A DNA stretch of 63,031 nt, the filler included, from Neoconidiobolus thromboides FSU 785 (taxonomy: Eukaryota > Fungi > Entomophthoromycota): NCBI GenBank assembly GCA_025603075.1. It is 3 parts of 3 records of this genome, joined end to end, with 100 filler letters (N's around TTAATTAATTAA, not from the genome) between each part and the next. Parts side by side here need not be neighbours in the genome. Positions count along the whole stretch, not along the records: positions 1 to 19,952 come from MU626554.1; positions 20,053 to 46,484 come from MU626509.1; 1 more part is not named here. One strand, 5' to 3'. The translations under genes were made by a program, and so were the position numbers. Of this stretch, positions 12,860 through 24,600 are shown one piece after another (position 1 is the stretch's first letter; every line of letters starts with the position of its first letter). Below the pieces are notes generated by a model. The model was not told the origin of the DNA and did not search any database. It worked only from the letters and a program-made list of their open reading frames with translations.

Positions 12860-13920
12860 CTATAATTTATTTTTTGACAATAGCAGACAAAAGTAGACCC
12901 GAAGTCACTACTGCTTGGGGTTGTATAGTTTAGAATCAACTCTTGATGAGGCAGTATATTTTGACCAGAATAAATTGCTAGATGTTGATTAAGGATATCT
13001 ACATTCCCTTTTAAATACTAATTTAGAATAAAACCATTATAGTTATATCATATTATTTTATTTTACCAGTACAACTTTTAAATTTTGTTCATAAGAATGA
13101 TTAAAAATCTTACTATATTACAATAGTATAGTGTACCTATTTTACATGTAAAACCAATTATTATAAACTGTTGTAAACTTAAATTATCCTTTGATTTTAT
13201 TTTTCATATTATTATATATATTATAATCTAACCTAAATATATAAAAATACCCATATAATTGTATTATCTTTGCTCTGCGCTGAACTACATTTACATTTAT
13301 AATTTGTCCAATATAAAACAAAACAAGATTTATCTTTTTAAAAAAGAAATTCACACTTAACTCTCCATCCTTTATTTTCGGTTCTAAATAACTATAAAAG
13401 TATTAATATATTATTATGTCGGTAATAATATAAAATTTATATGAATCTTTTCTTTCAGTTTGTTTTTGAATTCCTCTTGACTTACAGTTTTCTGCAGCAC
13501 ACGAACAATAATCTCCACATTCATATATGTTTCTGAAATAATTTGATATATCTTCTATATATATTAGTTGAGCTGTATTTTATAGTTAAGATAATAAATA
13601 TAACAAATAACAGATTACTATAATTTGATGGACAACATGAATAGCTATTGTTAAGCTATTATATATTTAAGTCAAAAGAATGGTCAAAATTACTGAACAA
13701 TCATTTGTACAAGAACAGCCTCGTTGCTTCTCTTCAGTAAAAAAGTTTTTATTTTTATTTTTAGTAACACCCCTACTTTATATTAGAAAAAGAACAGTGT
13801 CTAAGTAGAATATTGGATTACTTCTATATTTGGTAAGAATTTTGAGTATTTCCTTGCCTCTTCAAATTGAAAATTAGGTCCAGCTTTGATCTCTATTCCA
13901 TCCCATGCTTCTTCGATTTA
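12860..13920 (-). pseudogene. Degenerate Clr4/DIM-5/SUV39-type H3K9 methyltransferase (pre-SET, SET, post-SET)
   Basis: Minus-strand fragments in order: GCSCTNDC; IYECGDYCSCAAENCKSRGIQ; LFRTENKGWRVKC; FYIGQIINVNVVQRRA; CNIVRF/NHSYEQN (1-bp frameshift); HLAIYSGQNILPHQELILNY; FVCYCQKN; an in-frame stop and frameshifts are present. Confidence 0.78.
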
Positions 13921-13933
13921 GGAATATACATAT

Positions 13934-14031
13934 GAGGGTGTTTTTTTTGACTTCATTATTTCTTCCATTTTTAAGCGCTATTTAAGCAGAAAATTTGTTA
14001 GTAAAATCCTTAAACACAAAAATACATCCCC
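13934..14031. mobile_element. MITE family A copy 4
   Basis: GAGGGTGTTTTT...AAAATACATCCCC; ATAT on both sides. Confidence 0.88.
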
Positions 14032-14440
14032 ATATAATTATTTTGGATTTTTTTCTTTAACAAGAATAACTTGATTCAAATACACTTACTTTTCTTTAAT
14101 ATTGTAGTTATTTATTCTTTGTTCTCAAAAATTTAATATGGCACTTGATGACAGCCTTGTTATTATCAATAAATTTATCAATAAAGTTAAGTTCAATTTG
14201 AAAGAATTTATAAACTTTAACAACTGCAACTCTTCAAAAGAAGCTGATATTTATTTTTCGTTGTGAGGCCCACATGTCCTTTTTGTGCACCTTATGTATG
14301 TCTAATGAAGGCTTGTATATTCTTCATCAAGCTTAGTGATTAAGTTTAAGTTTAAGTTTAAGCTATTGCTATTGTAACAAATTTTATTTGTAATATCAAA
14401 GTATAACTGTAATTCTGATGGTTCTGGTCTATAAAAGATA

Positions 14441-14536
14441 AGGAAATGTATTTGTGTTTAATAATTTTACTAGCAATTTTTCCATTCAAATAGTGTTTAA
14501 AGATGGAAAAAGTAATGGAGCCAAAAAAAACACTCT
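14441..14536. mobile_element. MITE family A copy 5 (reverse orientation, more decayed)
   Basis: Body matches the reverse complement of the family (..AATTTTACTAGCAATTTTTCC..AAGATGGAAAAAGTAATG..); ends are degenerate. Confidence 0.75.
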
Positions 14537-14963
14537 TATAAAATCTTTTTCTTTGAAAGCTACAAGCCCTTTATGGTCTATCAATTTCTTTAAATTTTCC
14601 ATCTTTAAAAAAATTAGTTTTATATTCTCAAATATTAATATATAAAAAAGCAAAAGTTTATAGTCATTTTATAATGATTATTTTCAAATTGGGATGTAGT
14701 TTTTAGTTTCAAATAATTACTTAAACCTTACTCTATTTGTAATACTAAATGACCTATGAGGATCACTAATAGTAATAATGATTGATAAAACTTAGATGTA
14801 ATTTTAAAAATAATGTACATTATTAATATTTAATTTATATTAAAAGCCTAATTTTAGACACTTAAATATAAAATTTACTTTAAAATAAAAGCTAAAAAAA
14901 ATCAATAAACAAATAAGGGATAAGTTAATCTATCTAATTTCAAGCAGTTTACTTTTTAATAAA

Positions 14964-15571
14964 ATGGAAGCAAAGACAATAAATATTAAAAAACAATCAA
15001 GTACCCCAGAAGGTAGTAAAGAAAATGAAGATTTTGATATTGATGAAACAATGAAGACGTTAGATCAAAGTACAACTTTACTACCCAAAGTATTTAATTT
15101 TGTAAATTTAATGGGTGATAAATTTGAACATGAACAAACGAAAAGAAAAGTAATATTTCAAAATATAAATGGTTGCTTTTAACTCATATTCTAGTTATCT
15201 GAGCTTACTGATGCTTATAAGAATATCCATGAGGCTATTGAAAAGCTTCCAGGGATGGATTTATCTATTGAAGAACAAGAAAAAGTTTTAATTAAAGAAG
15301 AAGAAAACTTAAAGAAAAAAAGGTAAATAAATTTAATAGTTTTGAATTAAGATTTATCATCATTAATAGAATAAAAGTTGAAAAGTATAAAAACCTGCCT
15401 ATTTTTAAAACAAGTCTTGCTACTTTATCACCAGAGATCGTTAGTAACCAATCAACATCTATAACACTACATACTGATATAAAAGAAGAAGCAAATCAAG
15501 TTGGTAATTCAAAAATGAATGAACAAGTGGAAAATGATTTAAATTATGTTAATGGGACTAACGGAAAATAG
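14964..15571 (+). CDS. MED9: Mediator subunit 9 (Med9/Cse2)-like, 3 exons
   Basis: Exons 14964-15149, 15195-15322, 15370-15571: LLPKVFNFV..LTDAYKNIHEAIEKLPGMDLSIEEQEKVLIKEEENLKKKRIKVEKYK, matching the Med9 (LPG..LS.EEQ) helical hairpin pattern. Confidence 0.72.
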
Positions 15572-15980
15572 ATAAGAAAAACAAAGATAGATGAGAGTAT
15601 GTAGGATTCATTAAGATAGGCTATTCAAATGATGATCTAAAAAGTTTTATTTACAAATTAAATATGAAATATAATAAATATTGCTTTATAGTTTTATGAG
15701 TTAGTTCTATTTTATTTTATTTTTGTTGAATATTATTAACTTGATTTATAATCAATGATTAGTAAACAACAAATGTGCTTAATATTTAAAATATAATAAA
15801 AATGAGAGTAATATAAATAAACTTTAAAAATACAATATAAATCATAATAGTTATAAATCCCATTCAAAATTAAAATTATTATAGTAAAATTTATTAAACT
15901 AAGCTCATTTACTGTACCAAATATACGAATTTCTATTAAAAAGCAACTTTTTAATAAATACAAAAATTACAAAGCATATA

Positions 15981-17141
15981 TCAAGGTGAGTCCGATCCCA
16001 ATAACTCTTGTTTAAGTATCCTCTCTCTTATCCTAGGTGACTTCCTTTGTCCATGTTGAAATGCTCGACTGACCTTTGCCTCTGTTATAATTTTATCTTC
16101 AGCTTCTTTCATCTTTTCATCAAAAGAGGTCAATAAGTTACCATTGATCTCATGATCTGCTTGAGGTTCTTGATCTTTATTAGCTTGTCCTTTATCATCA
16201 TCAAAAATAGATTCAACAACTACCTCTACACTATTTTTATTTAATTTATCTTTATTTATAGGGTTAGTTGAGTCCTTTGAACCATTTGCATATTCAGGGC
16301 TCAGTCTGGTTTTTATAGGCTTCATCAAATGCGTTGGACTACGTCTAGTAACTCTAACTGGGCTAATTGATGACAGTCCTTTTCCAATTCTAATAGATTT
16401 ACCACTTAAACCTGATGTAGCTATAGTTGGACTTTTGGCTTTTACATTAAATAAAATGGGTGAGCTCTTTGTTTTGGTGTTTGCTTTTATTAAATTAATG
16501 TCTTCTTCATTCATCTTTTCAGGTGATCGGTCACTTCTCTTAGTTTTACTTCTATTGCCTTCTTGTGATTTTGATAGGGAAATTGGAAGGGAGGGCACTG
16601 CACCATTCCGTGTTGGAGAAAGAGGTGACTTGAATTTAATAGGACTCTTACTTTTAGGTGAAACGGAAGGCTTTGATTCTGTTTTTTTCTCCTCAATTAC
16701 TTGTATTTGACTTTTGACTATAAATGGATTTACAGATTCTGGTTTCAATATCCCAATAGATAAATAATAATTATATCTGAGCATCCATAATTGCTTTTCC
16801 AAAAATGAAAGTTGTGACTTACGTCCTTTATTTCTCAATGCTAAACTTCTTCTAAAAGCTAAAGCGGGGCTCATATTAATGAGTGGATTTACCTGCTTTC
16901 CATTTACTCCCTGGCTACCTAGCATGATTGTCTTTGGAGTTTGTAAACCTGAAAGCGGACTTCTTATTTTTGGCAATGTTTTATTTATGTTATTAACAAC
17001 TACTTGCTTTTTAGCCAGTATATTGTTTGTTTGCTTAGTGGAATTAAAGTTTAGAGAAAACGCTACTTTTGATCTATTAATTACAGGTTTGATTGTTTTT
17101 TGTATTCCTGTTAAAATCTCATTATCTTTCGTGGTTCCCAT
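15981..17141 (-). CDS. Hypothetical intronless, basic, Ser/Pro/Lys-rich protein (386 aa)
   Basis: Long uninterrupted ORF in AT-rich DNA; mostly low complexity with many SP sites; no family recognised. Confidence 0.7.
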   Translation of the reverse strand: MGTTKDNEILTGIQKTIKPVINRSKVAFSLNFNSTKQTNNILAKKQVVVNNINKTLPKIRSPLSGLQTPKTIMLGSQGVNGKQVNPLINMSPALAFRRSLALRNKGRKSQLSFLEKQLWMLRYNYYLSIGILKPESVNPFIVKSQIQVIEEKKTESKPSVSPKSKSPIKFKSPLSPTRNGAVPSLPISLSKSQEGNRSKTKRSDRSPEKMNEEDINLIKANTKTKSSPILFNVKAKSPTIATSGLSGKSIRIGKGLSSISPVRVTRRSPTHLMKPIKTRLSPEYANGSKDSTNPINKDKLNKNSVEVVVESIFDDDKGQANKDQEPQADHEINGNLLTSFDEKMKEAEDKIITEAKVSRAFQHGQRKSPRIRERILKQELLGSDSP

Positions 17142-17929
17142 TTAACTATTTGATATTATGTATAAAAAGAGGTATCAAATGCTTAGCGTTATTATCGTTT
17201 AATTAGTGATAATAACCTAATTATTCTAACAAATAAAAAAAATGATTAAATTTATTATCAAATCAATACAATCAATAAAAACAACAAGTACAAAAAATTC
17301 CCATAATTGGATTATTGTCTTATTTTATCAATTGTTCGATATTCGGATTAAATAATTTAAAATTATACAACAAAGAAATCAAATTTAAGATTCTAACATT
17401 ACAATATAATTATTTAAATGATAAAAATAAATACTAGAAAATCAAGTATGCTTTCTAAACCTAGATTTGTATTATCGATTTTAATATAAATAAACAAATT
17501 AATTAAATAATACAAATTATATTGATAAAAAATAAAAAAATCTAAAATCTAAAACCCAAAATTAACTCAATATTATAAAATAATAATATGTATTGTTTAT
17601 TAATTAATGGGTATATTTTATATAACTTTTTAAAATTATTTGATAAATTTAAAAACTATTTAATTTGTTTGAATTTGATTTCTAAAAGTTTACTCAACTA
17701 AAAATACTGATAGCTATCATAGATATTATTGTATGAATTTTCAGACTTCAAAAATAGCTCAAACTCTACATACAAAACACTTCAACACTATCAAAATACT
17801 TTATACCTGTTATGTTAAGTTTAAAATAAAACGATGAAATAAAGACAGTATGAAAACACAATACTTAAATAATAACCTTACTAATTTAAAGTAACCATTA
17901 TTTCCCGTAATTTATTTTTTTATATAACA

Positions 17930-18715
17930 CTATTCTTCCATATCATTAAAATCTTCTTCTTCATCTTCTTCCATTTCGCCATTACCTTCTAAATCATCCA
18001 ATTCTAAAGCTGGTAAATTATCTGCTTCAGGTTGAGGAGGTGGCATATTATCTTCAATTCCATCCCTAAAAATTATTAAATAAATATAAATAACTACTAA
18101 TTACCAAACTTCAATTTTTAAAAAAAAAAAATTTACCATGGGATTGGAAACCTAGTTACTTTTGGTTTATCTGAAACTAATCTTACTAAGTGTTCATATG
18201 CAATATTTTGTGGTGGATTAATTTGTAACTCTTGGACATTGTATTCTGCTTTAATCAGATAAGAACATCTTAAAAACTCCCTATCCCTATATTGACATTT
18301 TAAATAAATAGCAGTATAATCCAATACATCATCTGGGTTTAATTTGTTTGTATCTGGTCCTTTAGTCTATATCATTTTATTTATTATTTCTATTTAATTG
18401 CTTCTTCCTGCTTTATCAGTTTACCTCCATTACAAACTTATTAACACCAACTGGTACTGGGCCAACTAAAAGTGAATCTAATTCTTGATCCCATTCTTTA
18501 TTTGTTGAATGGCCAACAAAATATAAATTAAATTCCAAATCTATCAATAATAAAGTAAAAAATTAACCTATTTTAGGTAAATATCTAATCTTATATAACA
18601 ACTTACCTTGTTGTAACTGACCAATACATTCAAACGTAATTTCAATTTGGAATGGTGCCAAAAAAGGGGCAGGATTATTTAAAATGGAGATGTTTAAAAT
18701 ATTTACTACACTCAT
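17930..18715 (-). CDS. ASF1: Histone chaperone ASF1-like protein (divergent), 4 exons, acidic tail
   Basis: Exons 18715-18607, 18540-18425, 18366-18137, 18065-17930: [49 protein letters not shown], then an E/D-rich tail. Confidence 0.88.
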
Positions 18716-19432
18716 TTTAATTTAAAAGTATTTTAAAAACTAATCATTGTCTATATTACTATACTTCCCTTTTCTAAACCAATCATCTTTAAATACCTCA
18801 CTATTACTTCCCTAAATATACTATATTTAGCAGCATCAATAATGAGTACGGATTGGTTTGTTATTATGGTACACTTTATTTAAATAAAATATGATATTTA
18901 AATGTTAAATTGTAATACATTTAACACAATATTTGAACTTATAATATACTTTAATACTTTATTTATGATATGATTATTCATTATATCTTAATTTAACATT
19001 TATTTTAATTTAGTATTTATTTTATTAAATAACTTGTAAATTTTATTTAAATAAAATTTGATTACGTTTTATCTTAAAATTAAAATTAAAATCTAATATT
19101 TAAAATAACTATTCTGATATTTAAAGAGTAAATTACAGATGTGATTATTACATTATAAATATTAGCACTACCACAAGCTCTTAAAACAAAGCTATTAAAA
19201 ATATTTCTAACAAGAAAAAAATAAAAAACATTCTAATATAATATTATAATAAAATACAATAGCCTTTTTTTAATAAACATATATAAACTACTACTTAAAC
19301 CTAGGTAAAGATTTAAATAAAATTAAAACTAAATAAAGTTCATGAAAACAAAAGGCTTTAGATAAACTAATTTAAGTTATCTCAAATGAAGTTTATTAGA
19401 ATTCTAAAATTAAATAAAAATTACAAATCAAT

Positions 19433-19952
19433 TTAGATATCCCAATCTTCTTCATCATCTGATAAAGCAACACCATTCTTCTTAGCAGCCTTCTTCTTCT
19501 TATCTAAAGCTTTCTTTTCTTTACGGGAGAGTTCTTTCTTTGGTTGTTTAACTTTAATTTCATTACCAAAAGCATCTTTGACAGTTTCAACAACCTTATG
19601 TTCAAGCTTCTCTTTAACAGCTGGTTGTTTACCACCTTCAACGGTAAGTCTACCATTATCAACAAACCATTTTTCTGGACATAATTTAACGAATTCAGTG
19701 TTATGGGTAATCATGATAACACCACCTTCGAAACAGTCCATAGCATTGGCAAGAGCACCAAGAGAATCACGATCCAAGTAATTGGTAGGTTCGTCCATCA
19801 CTAATAAATGAGGATGATCCCACATAGCAGCTGCTAATACAACCTTGACCTTTTGACCTCCAGAGAGACCACGAATACGAGAGTGAGTAGCAAATTCAGC
19901 ATCAAGACCAACATCGGAAAGATGTTTTTGAATATTAGCTGAAGTAAGAGGA
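19433..19952 (-). CDS. YEF3: Second EF-3 3' part (inverted copy); 5' end falls in the contig break
   Basis: Reverse complement of bases 1-513 with no difference that I could see; ends TGG GAT ATC TAA versus TGG GAC ATA TGA in the first copy. Confidence 0.92.
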
Positions 19953-20052
19953 NNNNNNNNNNNNNNNNNNNNNNNNNNNNNNNNNNNNNNNNNNNNTTAA
20001 TTAATTAANNNNNNNNNNNNNNNNNNNNNNNNNNNNNNNNNNNNNNNNNNNN
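19953..20052. other. Artificial contig spacer
   Basis: N44-TTAATTAATTAA-N44, exactly 100 nt, with stops in all six frames. Confidence 0.95.
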
Positions 20053-20409
20053 TTATTGTATTTCAATAAGTTAAAGTATTGGAAAATATAATTGAAAGAA
20101 GATGTTATTTAAAATAATACATTTTATTCAGTTTATAATAATATCATTGAGTTATTATATGGTTTAGGTAATAAAATCTAAACCATATATTCAAATAGAA
20201 TTAAGTTATTTAAAATGGAGTTATAGAATAATAATGCTACAGCCAAAAAAAGAGATATTTTAGCAAACGTATTAGAGTATAGTTATTACACTAATAAGAG
20301 CTAATAAATATAGTTCTAAAATGCCAATAACCAAAAATAAATATAAAAATCAAAAAAGAATGTATAGTCAAATTAAAAAAATAGGTAAACTAATATCTAA
20401 TTATATCTA

Positions 20410-20967
20410 ATGTTATTCTTCATTGTATTTCTTGTTGTATTTATCAATATGACAAACCAAGCTGTTATAGAAAACCACAGTTTATCTAAACGATTCCTCC
20501 CTTTTTTCCATAAATTTAATAGAAAACGTAATGATGCAAGTAATTTTCAAGAAGCTTCTGAGAAGCCTGTAAAAATTGGTGATAAAGAACATAAAGTTGA
20601 AGTTATAAAAAATGAATGTAATGGTAAATTTGCTTCATGGGAGTGGGTTGAATACGAAAACGCAATTGCAAATCATATGGATGGTTCTCTAGGGGATAAA
20701 GAATGGAAGGCATGGAATAATGGCGTAAATGCAGTCCAGCATCAATTTTCTGGTGTATGTAGTGAAAGTTGTGAAAGAGAAGTTTGTAAAGAACTACAAG
20801 AAAGAGCTAGATTTGCTGCTCAAAGTGGTAAATGTAATAGTGCTTCGGTAAAAGCTAAAGATAGTGATTGTGCCGCTGGATTTGCTTATAATTACTCAGC
20901 TACTATTGCTGGTAATGTTTTAGATGCGGTCGTTAAAGCAAAGGGTGCATTAGGTAAACATAAATAA
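20410..20967 (+). CDS. Secreted small protein with propeptide and 6 Cys (185 aa), intronless
   Basis: Hydrophobic N-terminus MLFFIVFLVVFINMTNQA, dibasic sites LSKR and NRKR, six Cys in the mature part. Confidence 0.8.
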   Translation: MLFFIVFLVVFINMTNQAVIENHSLSKRFLPFFHKFNRKRNDASNFQEASEKPVKIGDKEHKVEVIKNECNGKFASWEWVEYENAIANHMDGSLGDKEWKAWNNGVNAVQHQFSGVCSESCEREVCKELQERARFAAQSGKCNSASVKAKDSDCAAGFAYNYSATIAGNVLDAVVKAKGALGKHK

Positions 20968-21509
20968 GTTGCTTATCCTTTGTTATTCATATTGAATTTC
21001 ATTGTTTAAATAAAGATCATTTGAACAAGTTGAAACATATGTTAATATCATTTTATAATAATTTATTAGAATCTGTTGATAATTTGTTTTTAAGCAATAC
21101 TTTAAGCAATTTGTATAAGATTTCCATAACTTTTCAAGTTCATTAAATAAGAGTACCACATTCTTTAGTGTTTAACATTTACCTCCTAAAATCTCGTGTC
21201 CAAAATTACGATAATGCTGTAGCGCAGATGAAAGAGGCCGTTTTCCTCTTTTTAAGTTTTTACTTGTGATAAAAAAATATCCCTTTTGTCTTTTTTATAC
21301 TACACTTTGAATACCCACTATCCTTACTTCTACAGTTGCTCTTATATTCCATTCCCAATTACCTTGTTATAAAAGGCTAAGTAATATTACCAACGGCTGT
21401 GATATATTACGAAATAAAAAGCTTTCGTTTATATGAAATATTTTTCTTATACGTTCATAAATTTTTGTCTTTATTACTCTCTCGATTGTTTAAATTATCA
21501 ACAGAATAT

Positions 21510-21607
21510 GGGAGTGTTTTTTTGACTTCATTGTTTTTTCCATTTTTTAAGCGCTATTTGAGCGGGAAAATTGGTAGTAAAATTCTTAAACACAAAAATA
21601 CATCCCC
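21510..21607. mobile_element. MITE family A copy 6 (close to consensus)
   Basis: GGGAGTGTTTTTTTGACTTCATTG...AAAAATACATCCCC; ATAT on both sides. Confidence 0.9.
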
Positions 21608-24600
21608 ATATATTAAAAAATACCCTTTGGCAACAAATCAGGCTCTTCTTCAGTCCATCGTTTCATTTATAAACTAAAATCTATGTTATTGAGGCAATCT
21701 CATATTACATCTATCCATATTAACCACATAGCTCTTAGAGAAAAATGCTTGCTGAAGTCCCTTTTAGCTTTTTTGCTTCTATGTCAGAAACTACATTATC
21801 TTTATATATGTGTTTTTTTACCTGTTGAGCTTTAAATAAAATAAGTGCTACTCTGTATACATATTTTCTAATAAAAATTATGAAATGTGTAAATTTGTTT
21901 TTAAAAATACTGATTTTTAGGCTTTATAAATGATTTGTTTTTAACACCAAAACATTTATAGTTAAAACTTCAGTAGTAAAATATAAATAGTATTGCCAAA
22001 TTCAACTCGAGTATTTTATTTTATTTTATTTATTATGATATAATTAATCTACTAAAGCTACTAATAGCATAATTTTTAAGTGCTTTTTGAATATAAAAAG
22101 ATGATTTTTTAGTAAAGTTATAAAAGAAATTTATAAAAAGAATATTTTAAGTCAAAATATTCTACTTTTAGTTCCAATAAGATATATTTTGTATCGAGTA
22201 AACTACTATGCATTTAATATCCTATTTTATATTTTATGTTAAACTTTACCAACAGTTTACTTATGCTTCTAATATATAACATTAAATGATAGAGAATTGT
22301 CATATATATTGATAATTTTAAGTCGATAGTACATAAAATTGCTATCCAATTAAAGAAGATGTAAAAAATTGTTTAATTTTAAAAAAATCAAATAATAGCT
22401 TAATAGTACATTACAATATAACTAGATTAAAAATGATACTTTATTTCGTATACTGTTTTTCTAAAATATAATCAGCTTCCATCCTTCTTTATCTTTTGTT
22501 TACATAAGTAAACAATGATAATCTGACTTTGCACATAATTTATAAAAGTTAAATAAAATTATAGCTTAACATTTTAATTTCAAACTATTATACAGTTGTA
22601 TAACCAAAAATATAACTAATGAAATTAAAAGTCAGGGATAGATAGTTTGGGCAATTAATAAAAGTTTAATATAAATAAGCCAAATAGTAATACATGTTGA
22701 GATTTATAAATAATTATTAAATCATTAATACTTGCTATCTATCAATTTCATCATTTTAATTATTTTAAAATAAATCAATAGCCCGACTTTTGTTTATAAA
22801 ACTATAACTCGTGTAGTTTAACAAAGAAATGTTATCATTTTTTCTCACTGTTTTGGTATGGTTTATTTGTTTCTGTCTTTTTTAATAAATCATTGAAAGT
22901 CTAGGCTCATGTGTCTTGTTTATTTTAATACATAAAAATCATCATTTAAGTAAGAAAGCGAGGCTACTTATTATATCATTAAACGTAAGAATTACTGTAT
23001 GACTCAATATTCTATACTGTTATTACTGGTATATACTAGCTTATATAACACACTTAGTATCACTAAAAAGCAATTCATATAAGTACACCCGCTTTCCGGA
23101 ATCTCAATGTTAAATTCAAGTATTAAAATGATGCTATTATATAGAGCCTACTTATTGTTTCTAAATTATAACATAAAAATGATCCGATTTATCGTTGTTT
23201 ACATCAAATTTTAAACTAATACATATTATCAAAGCACAAAACGTTCTGCACTTTCAATATAAACTTTAAAATGATAACACATTATGAATATCAATTAATA
23301 TATAATTTCTATAAAAGAGTTTAATTTTATACCCATAGCCGTTCTAAAAAATTAGGTTTTTACTAAATGATAAAATTTTCTCACTTTTAGCCAAAAAAAC
23401 TAACGCGGTAAAAATGTTTGATAAAAGCCCTTGATTTTATCATGTTATCTAAAAAATAATCTATAATAGTTATTATGAACAAATGTACCTAAAAAAGATT
23501 AATATAAATATATAGTCATTTTAAAGCTTTTTTCGCACTCTTCAATTATATTGTAAAAGCTTTGTTACATTAATAAAGCAAAAAACTATTGGTTTGGGGA
23601 AAAATTAAAAGTTCTTTGCTGAGAAACTCCTAAGGGCTGTAATAAGATTAAACGCTCTTGCTATTAATTTTTTAAAACTTGAAGGCCAAACTCAAAGTGT
23701 TTTACTAGTGAATACTAACGAAATTTTACTTTAATTCGGGCTAATTAAGGTTTTACAGCTATTTAAGATAACTGCGGCCTAATTAACTATTCATTTGAGA
23801 GTAAATGCCTCACTAAAATTAAGTTAAAATCTAAGGATCAGGTTTATAAAAATTGCTACTAAATAGGTTATAATCTTTTTGATTAGCTATAAGGATTTTA
23901 AATGATATTATAAAGGTAGGTTATGCTGTTTCAAGAATTCGATTCTTTTAGCGATTTATTAATATAAACTTTGTAGAGTGGTATTAACAGGCGGGAAATT
24001 CTTATTTATTTCCTCCCTTTATTATTAATTTTATAGTTATAAGCATCAGCAACATAAAAAGGATTAAGGATTTTGCTTACAAACCAACTGTTCTTTGTTC
24101 TCTTTACCTTTTTTTGCTTAGAAATTATTAAGCTAAAAGTTGCAAAGTAACGTTTTTCTATGCTTATTTTTGTATACGTCTATTTACTCAAATATACTAG
24201 CATACTATTGAAATTAGAAGTGAATGTATATGATATAGCTTCAGGTATATTGTCAATAAGCGATATTAGATTTATACTACATAATAGAATAGGGTAATTA
24301 TTATAAATCAATGCCCAACTAAATCAGGTGAGATCTTAATAGAAAGGTTAAGAACCAGGACTATTAATAGCTATTAGTTGACCTGTCAAGTTGCCCCAAT
24401 TTTTTACCCCAAAATAATTTTTGGATTTATGCCCATTTGTAAGCTATTTCTGAACTCAAATTAATTTGGTCCTTAAAAATTATTAATTTCAATTTCTGAT
24501 GTGAACAGGGGAATAGCACAATAAAGTTTTAAAATAATAGTTTTATTTATTTTATTTTGCTTGGAAATTTCTAGAAAAATAACGAGTTATACTTATTGAA

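Noticed and set aside
19953-20052. TTAATTAATTAA palindrome inside N runs (also at 46485-46584)
   Set aside because: Identical 44+12+44 layout twice; a six-frame-stop assembly linker, not biology. It also means the three contigs may not be neighbours.
21399-21677. ORFs at 21399-21677, 40685-40951 and 14454-14645 share peptide similarity (…FFKRYLSGKIGSKILK…)
   Set aside because: The similarity comes from reading through MITE copies; they are not a protein family
21120-21800. Protein-like fragments on the minus strand around MITE copy 6
   Set aside because: Multiple stops and no recognisable family; cannot support a call
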